DNA from: an uncultured Clostridium sp.
GTDB lineage: Bacteria > Bacillota > Clostridia > TANB77 > CAG-508
Direction of reading: 5' to 3'
NCBI GenBank assembly: GCA_947388675.1
Contig: CANDRW010000005.1
Location: forward strand, 900-64,899
Length of the DNA: 64,000 nucleotides
In this document: one piece after another, positions 1-11,105 of the stretch
How the letters are laid out: each line of letters starts with the position of its first letter
How positions within the stretch are numbered: the stretch's first letter is position 1
Position numbers and translations under genes: made by a program
The notes under the pieces: generated by a model
What the model was told of the DNA's origin: nothing
The model's input: the letters and a program-made list of their open reading frames with translations, nothing else
Database searches by the model: none

Positions 1-1
1 A

Positions 2-1045
2 GCAAAACGTCATGATACGAAACAGATTATTATTGTAGAAGGCTATATGGATGCGATTTCACTTTACCAAAGAGGAATTACTAATGTAGTAGCTTCACTT
101 GGAACCGCATTAACAGAAGGACAAGGAAGGTTACTAAGAAGACATAGCGAAAAAGTAATATTAGGTTATGATGCAGATGGTGCTGGACAAAGTGCAATTT
201 TGAGGGGAATGGAAATTTTACAAAATATGGGATGTGACCTTCGTGTTTTACAAATAGAAGGAGCGAAAGACCCAGATGAATATGTTGTGAAATTTGGACC
301 AGAAAGATTTCTGAAATGTGTAGAGAACGCTATATCTTTAGTAGAATTCAAAGTAAAGGTACTAAAAAAAGACTTAAACTTAGAAGTGACAAATGACAAA
401 ATTAAATTCTTAAATGAAATTGCAAAAATTCTTGCAAAAGTAAGTAATCAAATAGAAAGAGAAATCTATATTGATAAACTTTCTAGAGATTACAAGATAT
501 CCAAAGAAGCAATACAAGCAGAAATTAATAAGTTAATGTACGCTGGAAGTAGTGGCACTAAAAAGTTAGATAAGCAGGTACGAACTGTGAATGTTCCTAA
601 AAAAGAGGAAACATCAGAAGCTTTAGAAGCTGTTACCAAAAGAGAAAATATGGTGATTTACTTATTAATTAATGTAACAGAAAAAACATATAGTAGATTA
701 AAAGAAGTGATTCTTCCAGAAAATTTTCAAAATACATTAAATAAAGAGATTTTGAAAAAGTTGTATGAAGAATTAGAAAAAGGAAATAGTAATACTAATC
801 AAGTATTAAACCAATTTGAAGAAGAAAATATTATTAGCCACTTAACAGAGATTATGGCATATGATTTTGAGATTAATGATGTTGATAAAGCAGTAGAAGA
901 TTTGCTTCATGCCTACGAAAAAGAGAAATTAGTACAAAGAAGAAGTGAATTGATAAGGCAAATAGAAGAGGGAAGCATAGAAAATAAAGACCAATTAGAA
1001 AAAGAATTAAATGAAGTTTTTTTGAAATTGGCGAAGATGAAGTAG
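2..1045 (+). CDS. dnaG: DNA primase DnaG, C-terminal part (5' end lies outside the window)
   Basis: The frame is open from the window edge. Toprim-type motifs are present ([32 protein letters not shown]). It sits directly upstream of sigA, as in the conserved dnaG-rpoD operon. Confidence 0.9.
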   Translation, partial: AKRHDTKQIIIVEGYMDAISLYQRGITNVVASLGTALTEGQGRLLRRHSEKVILGYDADGAGQSAILRGMEILQNMGCDLRVLQIEGAKDPDEYVVKFGPERFLKCVENAISLVEFKVKVLKKDLNLEVTNDKIKFLNEIAKILAKVSNQIEREIYIDKLSRDYKISKEAIQAEINKLMYAGSSGTKKLDKQVRTVNVPKKEETSEALEAVTKRENMVIYLLINVTEKTYSRLKEVILPENFQNTLNKEILKKLYEELEKGNSNTNQVLNQFEEENIISHLTEIMAYDFEINDVDKAVEDLLHAYEKEKLVQRRSELIRQIEEGSIENKDQLEKELNEVFLKLAKMK

Positions 1046-1056
1046 GAGGCCGAAAA

Positions 1057-2274
1057 ATGAAGAAGGTAGAGAAAAAAGAGCCAGCAGAAGAAAACAAAAA
1101 AGTAAAAAATAAGGTTGTAGAGAATAAAGAAGAAAAAGTAGTACCTAAAAAGGTAGAGAAGAAAAAAGAAGAGCTAAAAAAAGAAATAGATGAAGTAAGT
1201 AAACAAAAAGTAGAAACGATTCTAAGGAAAGCAAAAGAAAACGGAAAGATTACTTATGGAGAGCTTGCAAATGAATTAGAAGACACAAATCCTGACCAAA
1301 TAGATAAAGTATTTGATGTTTTTGAAGATTTAGGCGTTAGTGTTTTGCAAGATGATGATTTGGAGGTAGAGCCAGATTTAGAAGATTTACAAGATGTAGA
1401 AGACATTAAGCTAGAAGAAATTGACTTAACGAATATTGAGGGAGTTAATATAGATGATCCTGTTAGAATGTATCTAAGAGAAATCGGAAAAATTCCACTT
1501 TTAACTTATGATCAAGAACTAGAACTAGCAACAGAAATCTTGGCAGGTAGTGAAGAAGCAAAACAAAGATTAACAGAATCCAATTTAAGATTAGTTGTAA
1601 GTATTGCTAAAAAATATGTAGGAAGGGGAATGCTTTTCCTAGATTTAATTCAAGAAGGTAATATGGGACTAATCAAAGCAGTAGAAAAGTTTGATTATAC
1701 CAAAGGATTTAAATTTAGTACGTATGCGACATGGTGGATTAGACAAGCTATTACAAGAGCGATAGCAGACCAAGCAAGAACGATCCGTATTCCAGTTCAC
1801 ATGGTTGAAACAATTAATAAGCTAATTAGAACATCAAGACATTTACTACAACAAAAAGGACGTGAGCCATCTCCTGAAGAAATAGCAGCAGAAATGGAAA
1901 TACCAGTAGAAAGAGTTATGGAAATTCAAAAAATTGCACAAGATCCTGTATCATTAGAAACTCCTATTGGAGAAGAAGATGACAGTCATTTAGGAGATTT
2001 TATCCAAGACGAAGATAGCCCTGCGCCACAAGACTCAGCAGCATATACATTACTTCGTGAACAACTAGAAGAAGTAATGAATACCTTAACTCCTAGAGAA
2101 GCAAAAGTTTTAAAATTAAGATTTGGATTAGAAGATGGAAAAGCGCGTACTTTGGAGGAAGTAGGCAGAGAATTTATGGTTACTCGTGAAAGAATTAGAC
2201 AAATTGAAGCTAAAGCATTAAGAAAGTTAAGACATCCATCACGTTCTAAAAAACTAAAAGATTATATGAACTAA
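1057..2274 (+). CDS. sigA: Primary RNA polymerase sigma factor (sigma-70/SigA)
   Basis: Lys/Glu-rich N-terminus. Region 2 reads [32 protein letters not shown]...[27 protein letters not shown] and region 4 reads [39 protein letters not shown] lies upstream. Confidence 0.95.
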   Translation: MKKVEKKEPAEENKKVKNKVVENKEEKVVPKKVEKKKEELKKEIDEVSKQKVETILRKAKENGKITYGELANELEDTNPDQIDKVFDVFEDLGVSVLQDDDLEVEPDLEDLQDVEDIKLEEIDLTNIEGVNIDDPVRMYLREIGKIPLLTYDQELELATEILAGSEEAKQRLTESNLRLVVSIAKKYVGRGMLFLDLIQEGNMGLIKAVEKFDYTKGFKFSTYATWWIRQAITRAIADQARTIRIPVHMVETINKLIRTSRHLLQQKGREPSPEEIAAEMEIPVERVMEIQKIAQDPVSLETPIGEEDDSHLGDFIQDEDSPAPQDSAAYTLLREQLEEVMNTLTPREAKVLKLRFGLEDGKARTLEEVGREFMVTRERIRQIEAKALRKLRHPSRSKKLKDYMN

Positions 2275-2368
2275 AAGGCAAAATACCTTCAAAGAGTTGA
2301 TTTTATAGGGAAAATGTGGTATAATAGTATATGTGATGTAAAAAAGAGCCAATGGAGGAAGAAAAAAT

Positions 2369-2686
2369 ATGAAAACAAATCAAAAAAATAACTTTTTAAG
2401 TTTCTTAAAAACGATATTTATAGATGTAGATTATCCAGAAGGAGAAGAAGTGGATATAGGAAATAGTAATGACCCTAAAATGAAAGAATTAAAAGATTCA
2501 TTAGATAGGGTAGATAATATAGAAAGAAATTTCTATATTGCTTCTAGTTCAAATCCTAAAGGTGGAAAAGAAAATAGCAATATTGTTGATAAAGTAAATG
2601 TTGATAACAATAAAGCAATAAGACAAGTAGATGAAAATGCAAGAGTAGAACAACAAGAAACCAAAGAACAACAAGTAGAAAGATAG
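2369..2686 (+). CDS. Hypothetical small acidic protein
   Basis: ORF with a GGAGG RBS, followed by a strong terminator. I recognise no motif. Confidence 0.4.
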   Translation: MKTNQKNNFLSFLKTIFIDVDYPEGEEVDIGNSNDPKMKELKDSLDRVDNIERNFYIASSSNPKGGKENSNIVDKVNVDNNKAIRQVDENARVEQQETKEQQVER

Positions 2687-2694
2687 AAGTACAA

Positions 2695-2730
2695 GAAAAG
2701 TTGAGTTTTTTCTCAACTTTTTCTTTTCTT
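2695..2730 (+). terminator. Rho-independent terminator
   Basis: Hairpin aaaagttgag-tttttt-ctcaactttt followed by a T-rich tract. Confidence 0.7.
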
Positions 2731-2734
2731 ACTC

Positions 2735-2763
2735 TTGACAAAAGTACAAGGGGAGATTATAAT
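2735..2763 (+). promoter_or_regulatory. Sigma-A type promoter for the tRNA gene
   Basis: TTGACA (2735-2740), a 17-nt spacer, then TATAAT (2758-2763), about 34 nt upstream of the tRNA. Confidence 0.6.
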
Positions 2764-2796
2764 ATTAAATAGTCGATATGACTTAAAATAATATAT

Positions 2797-2873
2797 GGCG
2801 ACGTAGCTCAGTTGGCTAGAGCAACCGGTTCATACCCGGTAGGTCGTAGGTTCGAGCCCCACCGTCGCTACCA
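2797..2873 (+). tRNA. tRNA with CAU anticodon (elongator tRNA-Met-like; a lysidine-modified Ile2 tRNA is not excluded)
   Basis: 77-nt cloverleaf read by hand: acceptor GGCGACG/CGTCGCT, D arm GCTC..GAGC, anticodon stem ACCGG/CCGGT with loop TTCATAC, T arm GTAGG-TTCGAGC-CCCAC, encoded CCA. A terminator hairpin follows at about 2897-2945. Confidence 0.9.
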
Positions 2874-2961
2874 AAATATTCAATAGCTTACAGCCTAAAA
2901 AAGTTGAGAAATAGGTACTTGTAAGTTATTTTTTTGTTTTTAAAAATAATTTTCAAAAAGG

Positions 2962-3010
2962 ACATTTAAAACCAATTAAAACCATTAAAAATCATTAAAA
3001 TTCATTTCAT
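2962..3010. repeat. Four to five phased ~10-bp repeats (CATTAAAA core), iteron-like
   Basis: The sequence catttaaaa-ccaattaaaa-ccattaaaaa-tcattaaaa-ttcatttcat repeats with a ~10-bp period. It lies between the tRNA and the first accessory gene (HTH/Rep-like). Confidence 0.4.
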
Positions 3011-3180
3011 AAAGGGAAGATAAAGGGAACGGAAAATGGAAGTATATGACAAAATAAAGAGTATAATAAAATAATTTAAAGGGAAAAATAGAAACTTTTG
3101 CATTCGATTTTAAAAGGTAAAGTAGAAAGAGATACTTTATCTTTTTTTTATGAACAAGAGGGGTAGGTGAAGTATTATAT

Positions 3181-3945
3181 GTGAATGAAATTAATAAACC
3201 AGCATATTATGCAGTAATTCCAAGTGGAGTGAGATATTGTAAAGAATTGAAGTTTGCAGAACGATTATTGTATGGAGAAATAACAGCATTAACAAATAGA
3301 AATGGTTACTGTTTTGCAACGAATAAATACTTTGCAGAGCTATATAATGTGACTATAGAAACAATATCTAGGTGGGTATCACATTTACAAAGACTGGGAT
3401 TTATAAAAGTAGAAATTATAAAATCAGACAAAAACGAAATATTAGAAAGAAGAATTTTTATTATAGATAATAGCAACAATACTTTTCTATCTAATACCTA
3501 TTGTCAAAATAATCAATACCCCTATAGACAGAATAATCAATACCCTATTGACGAAAAAGTCAAAGAGAATAATATAAATATTAGGATAGATAGATTTTTT
3601 AATTTTATAATAAATAAAGAGGGCGAAGATCCAGAAAAGCTAACAAAAGTTCAAAAGATGGAACTATATGAGTTGTTAGAAAAGTTAGAATTAAATTATA
3701 CAAAAGAAATTCTACAGATAATCACAGAAGAAAATATAGAAAAGTTAAAAATAGTAATATATGCTTTAAAAGAGTTAGTTATCAATGGAAAAGAAATATT
3801 AACACTTAAAAGAGAAAAATTATTGACCTTATATGACAAATGCAAGAGGAAACAAGAATCATACATTGGAACAGAAAAAGAGATAAACAACTTTTTTGAG
3901 TATTACTATATAAGTTTGGTAAAGGAATTAGAAAAAGCTATTTAG
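3181..3945 (+). CDS. Winged-helix/HTH DNA-binding protein, replication-initiator-like
   Basis: N-terminal HTH-like segment (YFAELYNVTIETISRWVSHLQRLGFIKVEI), GTG start, internal NNQYP duplication. The functional call comes from general resemblance only. Confidence 0.5.
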   Translation: MNEINKPAYYAVIPSGVRYCKELKFAERLLYGEITALTNRNGYCFATNKYFAELYNVTIETISRWVSHLQRLGFIKVEIIKSDKNEILERRIFIIDNSNNTFLSNTYCQNNQYPYRQNNQYPIDEKVKENNINIRIDRFFNFIINKEGEDPEKLTKVQKMELYELLEKLELNYTKEILQIITEENIEKLKIVIYALKELVINGKEILTLKREKLLTLYDKCKRKQESYIGTEKEINNFFEYYYISLVKELEKAI

Positions 3946-3980
3946 CTTTTATTTTTTTGCCTAAGATAAGGGGGAACAAA

Positions 3981-4233
3981 ATGATACCAACTTATGATAT
4001 AGATAGCATAACAGGAAATTTAGACACAATGTTTCAAAATATTATGAAAGTAGGCTTTATATTTTCTATTAGTTTATTAACAATATGGATGATAGTAAGT
4101 CTAGTAATATGGTTATTTCGGAGCCAAAAAGAAGTCCGAAAGAGCAATAAAGTTTGGAATAAAGAATTTTATAATAGCTTTAATATTAGCAATAATCGTA
4201 CTAATCATTCCAATATTGTTTAGTATGTTTTAA
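3981..4233 (+). CDS. Small two-TM membrane protein of the T4SS module; needs a +1 shift at in-frame CGG 4119-4121
   Basis: ATG at 3981 follows a GGGGG RBS. The 0-frame ends in a non-hydrophobic tail. Skipping C4119 gives ...VIWLF-G-AKKKSERAIKFGIKNFIIALILAIIVLIIPILFSMF*, a second TM helix. Confidence 0.55.
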
Positions 4234-4298
4234 GAAATATTAATGGAAATGTTACATACAACCGAAATTATTTGCCCTAAATAATTTGGAGGAAATGT

Positions 4299-4710
4299 AT
4301 GAGAAAAGAGAGAGTAAAAGAAAATGTAAGAAAAGTATTTTATAAATTAAAAAATAAAATTTGGATGATACCAGCAACTGCTATGATGCTTCAAACAAAA
4401 GTGCTTGCAAGTAGTAGCATTAGTACAGCAGAAGTCAATCAGGCTACAGAAAACATTAAAAATGCAGTAATTAAGCTAGCGATGCCAATTCGGTGGAATT
4501 TTAGTATTTGTTAGTATTGTTATTATTGCACTTAAAATGATAGTCAATTCTAATAATGCCAACAAACGAAGTGAAAGCATAGGAGCATTAGCTTGGGTAT
4601 GTGGCGGAACGATGCTATTGGGATTATCACTTATTGTTTCAGGAATCATTTTAAGTATTGCAACAAATGGCGGAGGTGCATTGATAACTGGTGGTAGCAC
4701 TAATGCTTAG
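4299..4710 (+). CDS. VirB2/TrbC-like pilin-type membrane protein; needs a +1 shift at CGG 4491-4493
   Basis: Signal-like N-terminus. After the shift the protein reads ...AMPI-G-GILVFVSIVIIALKMI...GALAWVCGGTMLLGLSLIVSGIILSI, giving two TM helices. Its position upstream of the PrgI-like gene and VirB4 fits the call. Confidence 0.55.
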
Positions 4711-4725
4711 ACAGGAGGTAATCAT

Positions 4726-5008
4726 ATGATTTATAAAGTACCATTCGCATTTGAACATGAAGAAAAGATGTTTCGGAGGATATTTATCTCTTAGACAAAT
4801 GCTATATCTTGTACTTGGAATTAGTTCGGCAGGAATTTTATTTATTCCAGTTATACCGATGCTAATAAAACTAATCGTATTTCTAACGATATTTACAATG
4901 TTTATAGCATTTGCATTCCTTAAAATAGGAACAAACTATGCAGATAAGTGTTTCCTAAACATTTTAAAATACCTATGCAGAAAGAAAATTTATATAAATG
5001 AAAGGTAG
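4726..5008 (+). CDS. PrgI/VirB3-like small membrane protein; needs a +1 shift at CGG 4774-4776
   Basis: AGGAGG RBS plus ATG at 4726. MIYKVPFAFEHEEKMF-G-GYLSLRQMLYLVLG... joins the 4751 ORF. The F-G-x-L-x-x-RQ layout resembles the PrgI family. Confidence 0.6.
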
Positions 5009-5014
5009 GATAAA

Positions 5015-5740
5015 ATGGTAATTACATTTATTTTTGTATTAGCTGGTGTTTTATTTATGATAGGCACACTAATATATGTAAAAGACAAAAATAAGTTACA
5101 AGAGATAAAAAATTTAGATAAGTCTAATCTAAAGAAAGAAAAGAAAAATTTAAGTAATTTATGGGGAATAGATGAATTTAATAATCAAGTAATCACAATT
5201 AACAAGAACCAGCATTCTATTATCGTGGAACTTGAAAGCATTGAATATAGTCTAATGCAGGATGGAGAAAAAGCAAGTGTAGATAAAGAATTAGTAAGCA
5301 TAGCACAAATGTTAAAATTTCCAATTCAATTCTTAGAAGTAAAGAAACAAATTGAATTAGGCGATATGCTGGAGAAAATTAAGGTTAATACAATAAATGC
5401 CAATGATAATGTAAAAGAATATGCAACACAAATTGTAAAACATTTAGAAATGTTACAAGCAGATCAGAACTTATTTGAAAGAAAAAACTATATGATTATC
5501 TCTTCATTTAATAGTAGGAGAATAGCAGAACAGGAACTAAAAGAGTTTTATGGTACATTAAGGTATCATTTACTGAATATAAAAATAAGTACAAGATTAT
5601 TAAATGACAAAGAAATAATAGAACTCATCTATGAGCAACTCCATAAAGGAAACAAAAATAAAGTAGCAGACATTGAGGAAAAAGGAGGTTTTGGATTATA
5701 TGTTACAAGTAAAAGTAGAGAAAAAACTAAAACCTTATAA
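5015..5740 (+). CDS. Membrane-anchored T4SS-associated protein (unknown function)
   Basis: N-terminal TM helix, and the ORF is translationally coupled to the VirB4 gene. Confidence 0.5.
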   Translation: MVITFIFVLAGVLFMIGTLIYVKDKNKLQEIKNLDKSNLKKEKKNLSNLWGIDEFNNQVITINKNQHSIIVELESIEYSLMQDGEKASVDKELVSIAQMLKFPIQFLEVKKQIELGDMLEKIKVNTINANDNVKEYATQIVKHLEMLQADQNLFERKNYMIISSFNSRRIAEQELKEFYGTLRYHLLNIKISTRLLNDKEIIELIYEQLHKGNKNKVADIEEKGGFGLYVTSKSREKTKTL

Positions 5741-7535
5741 ACAAAAGAGAAAAGATAAAGGAAAGAATTTTTTTGATAATCAACCACAACTACTTTCACT
5801 ATTAGCACCTGAGGTAATACAAGAAACAAAAGATTATGTGTATATGGGAAATGACAAATATGCAAGAATATTTACATTAATGATTTATCCTAGTTATATT
5901 CAAATCGGTTGGCTAGATGATATTCTAAATATAATAGGAGATGTAGATATCTCTACACAAGTACAAATTGCAGACGAAAGGAATGTTTCTAAATATTTGA
6001 GTCATAAAATAACAAAATTGAGGTCAGACTATTACTTATTTGAAAGTCAAGGAAACATTGAAGAATTGCCTAAGTTAGAAGAAAATATACAATCATATGA
6101 AGAAATGAGACATGACATAGGAATAAATAATGATAAACTATTTTTTGTTAAAATTACGCTAAGAGTAAATGCTAAAAGCCTAGAAGAATTGAATGAAAAG
6201 AGTAAATTGTTGCAAGATGAATTTGCCAACAGGTCTTGCGAAATAAGACCACTTTATTTTAAACAATTAGATGCACTAAAAGAAACTTTACCTTTGAACA
6301 ATTATATTGTTAATGATAACAGTAGAAATATGACAACAGCAGGACTAGCTGCTATGTTTCCAATTGCAAGAACAAAGTCTAGTGTGAAAGATGGGATTTA
6401 TCTAGGACAAGACTTATTTACAGGTTTGCCATATAGTTTAGAAACATTTGGAACAGGACTAGCCAATGCTAATATAGCCATATTCGGAATACCAGGAGCA
6501 GGAAAATCAGTAACAGTAAAAGTAATTGTAGGGAGAACAGCTCTTATTAACAGAAGGTCATCTATTTTAGACATAGAGGGCGAATATGTAAAGCAAACAG
6601 AAAAACTAGGAGGCAAGATTATAAAGGTAAGACAGGGAACTCCAGTAGGAATTAATTTGTTTGACATAGAAATTGACGAAGATGCTGACTTTATAGATAT
6701 TGATGGCAAAGTAGCAGAGATAAGGGCCATTTTATATGGAATTATCAATAAATATGAAAACAGAGCATTAAAACCTCATGAAATTGCTGATATTGAAAAG
6801 GCTGTAAAAGAAGTATATAGAGAAAAAGGAATTACAAAAGATAAACAATCTTTATATGAAAGAAAAGGTGGGAAGATAGAAGGAAAAATTACTCTTGAAA
6901 ATATAAAAAAGAAGATGCCAACACTTTCAGACTTTTATAGAGTAATGAAGGAAAAGATACAGAATAAAGAACTGACAGCAACATTAAGTAATTTTACAAA
7001 AGGAAATACATTAGGAATATTTGATTGTCAAAGTACATTACAGGTAAAGGAACAGACAATATGTTTTGATATTTCAGAAATAAAAGATGAGATTATGCGA
7101 TATTATGTATGTTTGGTACTAACTACTTGGCTTACCAACAAATATATTGCTACAAAAGAAAGAAACAAAAGATATGTTATAGTAGATGAGGCTTGGAATT
7201 TATTTAAGAATAAAGAAACATCAGACTTTTTAGAAAACTTAGCAAGAAGAGCAAGAAAAAAAGGTGTAGCAATGATACTAGCAACACAAAACTTAGCAGA
7301 GTTAAGACAAAATAATCAAGCTGAAGCTATCATGAACTGTTGTGATACAGTCATTTTATTAAAACAATCAATTGGAAGTATTGAGGAAATAATGAAATTC
7401 TTTAAACTACCAAGTGGAGCAAAGGAAATACTAACAAAAGCAAGACCAGGAGAATGTATTTTAATTAGAGGGGGAGAAATAAGAGCAATAAAGGTTGATA
7501 TGACTAAATTTGAAAGTGAGTTTATAAAAACCTAA
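5700..7535 (+). CDS. VirB4-family conjugative ATPase (TcpF/PrgJ/Orf16-like)
   Basis: Walker A GIPGAGKS, Walker B VIVDEAW, and an ATQN motif. The N-terminus LLAPEVIQETKDYVYMGNDKYARIFTLMIYPSYIQIGWLDDI is typical of Gram-positive VirB4. An ATG at 5700 after a GGAGG is preferred over the track's TTG at 5673. Confidence 0.85.
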   Translation: MLQVKVEKKLKPYKQKRKDKGKNFFDNQPQLLSLLAPEVIQETKDYVYMGNDKYARIFTLMIYPSYIQIGWLDDILNIIGDVDISTQVQIADERNVSKYLSHKITKLRSDYYLFESQGNIEELPKLEENIQSYEEMRHDIGINNDKLFFVKITLRVNAKSLEELNEKSKLLQDEFANRSCEIRPLYFKQLDALKETLPLNNYIVNDNSRNMTTAGLAAMFPIARTKSSVKDGIYLGQDLFTGLPYSLETFGTGLANANIAIFGIPGAGKSVTVKVIVGRTALINRRSSILDIEGEYVKQTEKLGGKIIKVRQGTPVGINLFDIEIDEDADFIDIDGKVAEIRAILYGIINKYENRALKPHEIADIEKAVKEVYREKGITKDKQSLYERKGGKIEGKITLENIKKKMPTLSDFYRVMKEKIQNKELTATLSNFTKGNTLGIFDCQSTLQVKEQTICFDISEIKDEIMRYYVCLVLTTWLTNKYIATKERNKRYVIVDEAWNLFKNKETSDFLENLARRARKKGVAMILATQNLAELRQNNQAEAIMNCCDTVILLKQSIGSIEEIMKFFKLPSGAKEILTKARPGECILIRGGEIRAIKVDMTKFESEFIKT

Positions 7536-7555
7536 ATAAAGGTGGTGAAACAATT

Positions 7556-9044
7556 TTGAATATTAAAAAGATTTTAGTAAGTATGCTATTAGTAATACTT
7601 ATTTTTTTTAGTTTTGCACAAGTACAAGTTAAGGCAACTAATAACGAAATAGATGTAGAAAAGGTAATTGACAAAGATGAAGGAGGCTTGTTTGAAAAGA
7701 TAATTGCTAAGATAATCCGGAGGATTAGCAGAAACAGTATTCAATTTAACAACAAATGAAATATTTGGAGTAGGTTTTAAAAACTATGACGAATTAGTAT
7801 TTGGTAATAATCAAACTGATATTTCTCCTTTTACACAAGAACAGTGGAATTTAATGATAAGTTGGTATTGGAAAATAGCAAGTATCATTGGAGGTCCAAT
7901 TTTAATTGCTATTGTAATACTTGCTTGGAAAATGATAGTTGCAAGCATAAGTCCTGAAAAACGAAATGAAGTCAAAGATAACTTAATGCGACTGATCTTT
8001 GGAGTAGCAGCTATTGGTTTTGCACCAATTTTTGTAAAGCTCATGTTACTATTAAATAATTCTCTAGTAAAACTATTAGTAGGAACAGTTCATGGAAGTT
8101 TAGACGATTTATTAGGAAATTCATTATTAACAAACATAAACACAGGTAATGCAATAGCAACAGCAATAGTAATCGCAATGTTTGCTTACTTATTCGTAAA
8201 GGTAAATGTTAAGTTTATTATTAGACAATTTACGTTAATTGTATTTACTATATTTACACCGATTGTTGCCGTATTTTGGATAATAAACAAAAGAACAATA
8301 GCAGCAAGTATTTGGTTTGGACAAATTATTATCAATAGTTTTATGCAGTTTATATATACTTTTTTATTCTTAATATATATGAACTTTCTACCAAAGAGTG
8401 GTGGTTGGGCAACTACTTTATTGTGGGCTATGATGATGTTACCTTTAGCAGATGTCTTACAAAACACAATGCAAAACTTAGTAAGTAGAATGGCGGGAGT
8501 AAACAATGAAGAACTTTCTAATCGTGGTATTGGAATGGGAGTTGCTATGGGCTATACCATTAAGAGTATTGCATACCAATTTAAAAACGAAAATCAAGAA
8601 AAGGTAGTAGGAGCAAGAAAAGCAATAGCATCAGTACTTGTACCACAAGCATCAGGAACAGCAGGAGCAAGTAAATCAGCACCACTACAAGGCGAAAGTT
8701 ATGAAAGTCATTCACAAAATATTATGGATGACAAAAACTCAGTAAATGTAACAGGAGAAAATAAAAAGAATAATAAAACAGAAGAACTACTATTTAATAG
8801 TGAAAAAGTAGTAGAAGATAATATGACAAGTGGAATAAAAAAGGCATTTAATGCAGGTAAAGGCTTTATGAATATGGGAATGCAAATGGCAGAAGGCAGG
8901 AATTTTAAAACAAATCAAGAAAAGTCAATAAATAGCCAAAGAATGTATGATAGGAATAATATTAATAACACTAGAAGAGAAGACATAGAAGAAAACACAA
9001 ATAAGATTATCACTATCAATGAGGAAAACGACGATGAAGAATAA
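7556..9044 (+). CDS. VirB6/TcpH-like polytopic membrane protein; needs a +1 shift at CGG 7718-7720
   Basis: The signal-peptide ORF (7556) reads ...AKII-G-GLAETVFNLTTNEIFGVGFKNYDELVFGNNQ...WNLMISWYWKIASIIGG straight into the 7854 ORF. Multiple TM helices are followed by a polar C-terminal tail. Confidence 0.6.
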
Positions 9045-9771
9045 GAAGAAAATAAAAGTAGCAGGATTTATTTTTATTTTGATAAAGCCTTTTATTGTTC
9101 CTATTATTATTATAGCAATTATTTGTGGTCTAGTATGTAGCTTAACAGATATGCTATATATTTTTTTTAACAATGAGGATAAAGTAGATATAAAAGAAGA
9201 ACTTGCCTATTATGATACTGAATATGAGAAAGAAGAGATGACAGGCTTTTTCTCAAGTGTTTGGGATTTTGTAGCAAAGATATTTGGAGGTGGAGAAATA
9301 GCAGATAATACAGAATGGCCAGTAGATGGGTATTATACTATTACAAGTTATTTTGGTTATCGTGATGCTCCTACAGCTGGAGCAACTAGCTTTCATGGAG
9401 GATTAGATATAGGGGCGCCTGAAGGAGCAAAGTTAGTTTCAATTATGGATGCAGAAGTATTATCAATAGGATGGTGGGGTTCAGCAGGTTATACGATTAA
9501 GTTAAAAAGTATAGATGGAGAATATAACCTTTCCTATTATCATGTTTCACCAGAGTACATAGTATCAAAAGGACAAAAAGTAAAAAAGGGTGAAATTATA
9601 GGAAAAGTAGGACCTCTTAATGTATATGGCGTAGAAAATAATCCATATAGAGATAGTCAAGGAAGGCCAACAAATGGAGCTACTACAGGTTGCCATTGTC
9701 ATTTTGAAGTAAGAAGAAATGGAGAACTAATAGATCCATTAGAAATAGTAAAGAAGGAGGATTTTATTTAA
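9019..9771 (+). CDS. Membrane-anchored M23 (LytM-type) peptidoglycan hydrolase
   Basis: HGGLDIGAP (HxxxD) and GCHCHFEV (HxH) motifs, with an N-terminal TM helix. T4SS loci commonly carry such a cell-wall hydrolase. Confidence 0.85.
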   Translation: MRKTTMKNKKKIKVAGFIFILIKPFIVPIIIIAIICGLVCSLTDMLYIFFNNEDKVDIKEELAYYDTEYEKEEMTGFFSSVWDFVAKIFGGGEIADNTEWPVDGYYTITSYFGYRDAPTAGATSFHGGLDIGAPEGAKLVSIMDAEVLSIGWWGSAGYTIKLKSIDGEYNLSYYHVSPEYIVSKGQKVKKGEIIGKVGPLNVYGVENNPYRDSQGRPTNGATTGCHCHFEVRRNGELIDPLEIVKKEDFI

Positions 9772-10202
9772 TGGTAGTTATATATACAGGAATAGAAGAA
9801 ATTGACAAAGAGATACAACAACAGCTAAGTGATTCAATTATTGCACATTATAGTGATTACTTAATAGAAAGTAATACTTTTGAAGGGCAGACAGTGGTAT
9901 TATCAGCACAAGCTATTGAAGATAATTTAGAGGAATTTTTATTTCTACTAAAACAAATGAATATGAGAGTTATTTTATTACTTAAATCGCCTAGACAAGA
10001 AGAAACTAAAATAGCATTACAATTGGGAATATATGATATTGTATTTGGAAATTTTTATGCAAGTCAAATTAAAGATATTTTAGAACATCCGAAGAGATTT
10101 AAAGATATTGCAGATTTGTATAGAAAGACATTTAATATAGAACTAAAAATACAAAAGAGAATTAGAAATCAAAAAGCTAATTCTTTTTTTAGTAGAAAGT
10201 AA
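9771..10202 (+). CDS. Hypothetical protein
   Basis: ORF coupled to the peptidase gene (TAATG overlap). I recognise no motif. Confidence 0.4.
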   Translation: MVVIYTGIEEIDKEIQQQLSDSIIAHYSDYLIESNTFEGQTVVLSAQAIEDNLEEFLFLLKQMNMRVILLLKSPRQEETKIALQLGIYDIVFGNFYASQIKDILEHPKRFKDIADLYRKTFNIELKIQKRIRNQKANSFFSRK

Positions 10203-10232
10203 AAAAGAAAAAATAAAAATTAAGTTAAGGAG

Positions 10233-10988
10233 GTGATGCTGGGAGTTATGAAAAGAAGTAGTAATAAAATAAAAAAAGTAATGATAATAACCAGTATAAT
10301 TGTATTTGCTGTAATACTAATAATATCTATTTACTTTTTAATGAAAGACTTTTTATCATATAAAGAAAGTAATGATGAAAGCAAAGAATTAGCACAAGAG
10401 GTTGCTATACAAGAAGAAAATGAAGAAAAGGCAGAAATAGATTGGGAAAAACTAGACGATATAAACAAAGATATTATTGGATGGATAAAAATTGAGGGAA
10501 CACATATTGATTATCCTATTCTTCAAGATGGTAGTCAATTACAGTATTTAAGAAAGTCCTTCAATGGAAAGTATAATATCAATGGTTCAATATTTACTTT
10601 AAACAATAATCCATTTGGAGACAGTGAAACAATTGTATATGGTCATAATATGAAAAGTAAAATTATGTTTTCAGAATTAGATAAATATATGAAAGAGGAT
10701 TTTTTCTATAAACGTTCTAAGTTTGAAATATATACGAAAGGGCAAAATTATAAAGCAACGGTGTTTAGCTGTTATTCTACTAATGTATATCAAGAAGAAA
10801 AGTATATTAAAACATTAGATTTTGATGAAAAGGTAGAGTATTATAAAAAAGCGAGTAAATATTCTATGGAAAACATAGGAAAAGTAAAAAAAATTGTAAA
10901 ATTATCGACATGCTCATACCTAAATAATCATACAACACCAACGAATCAGAGGTACTATATAGTAGCAAAATTAGAAGAAATTGATTAA
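10233..10988 (+). CDS. Sortase (class B-like)
   Basis: N-terminal TM helix, catalytic His in VYGHNM, catalytic Cys in VKLSTCSY (TLxTC-type), and a downstream Arg. The start is uncertain (10233, 10236 or 10248). Confidence 0.85.
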   Translation: MMLGVMKRSSNKIKKVMIITSIIVFAVILIISIYFLMKDFLSYKESNDESKELAQEVAIQEENEEKAEIDWEKLDDINKDIIGWIKIEGTHIDYPILQDGSQLQYLRKSFNGKYNINGSIFTLNNNPFGDSETIVYGHNMKSKIMFSELDKYMKEDFFYKRSKFEIYTKGQNYKATVFSCYSTNVYQEEKYIKTLDFDEKVEYYKKASKYSMENIGKVKKIVKLSTCSYLNNHTTPTNQRYYIVAKLEEID

Positions 10989-11105
10989 AAGTTTGCAAAA
11001 TAGTTGATTTTAATAGTATTATACAGATTATAAAAAGAAAAATTTTTGAAATTACACAAATTGCTAAAAGTGTGCTATACTTTTGGTCGAGGAGAGTGAT
11101 GAAAT

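Noticed and set aside
2797-2873. Calling the CAU tRNA an initiator tRNA.
   Set aside because: It lacks the three consecutive G-C pairs in the anticodon stem and the 1-72 mismatch pattern expected for bacterial initiators. It closely resembles elongator tRNA-Met. Sequence alone cannot exclude Ile2 (lysidine) identity.
5015-7535. The overlap between the 5015 ORF and the VirB4 ORF as a frameshift-split VirB4.
   Set aside because: The VirB4 ORF has its own RBS and ATG (5700), and its N-terminus already matches the usual start of Gram-positive VirB4 proteins. No CGG or slippery run lies in the overlap.
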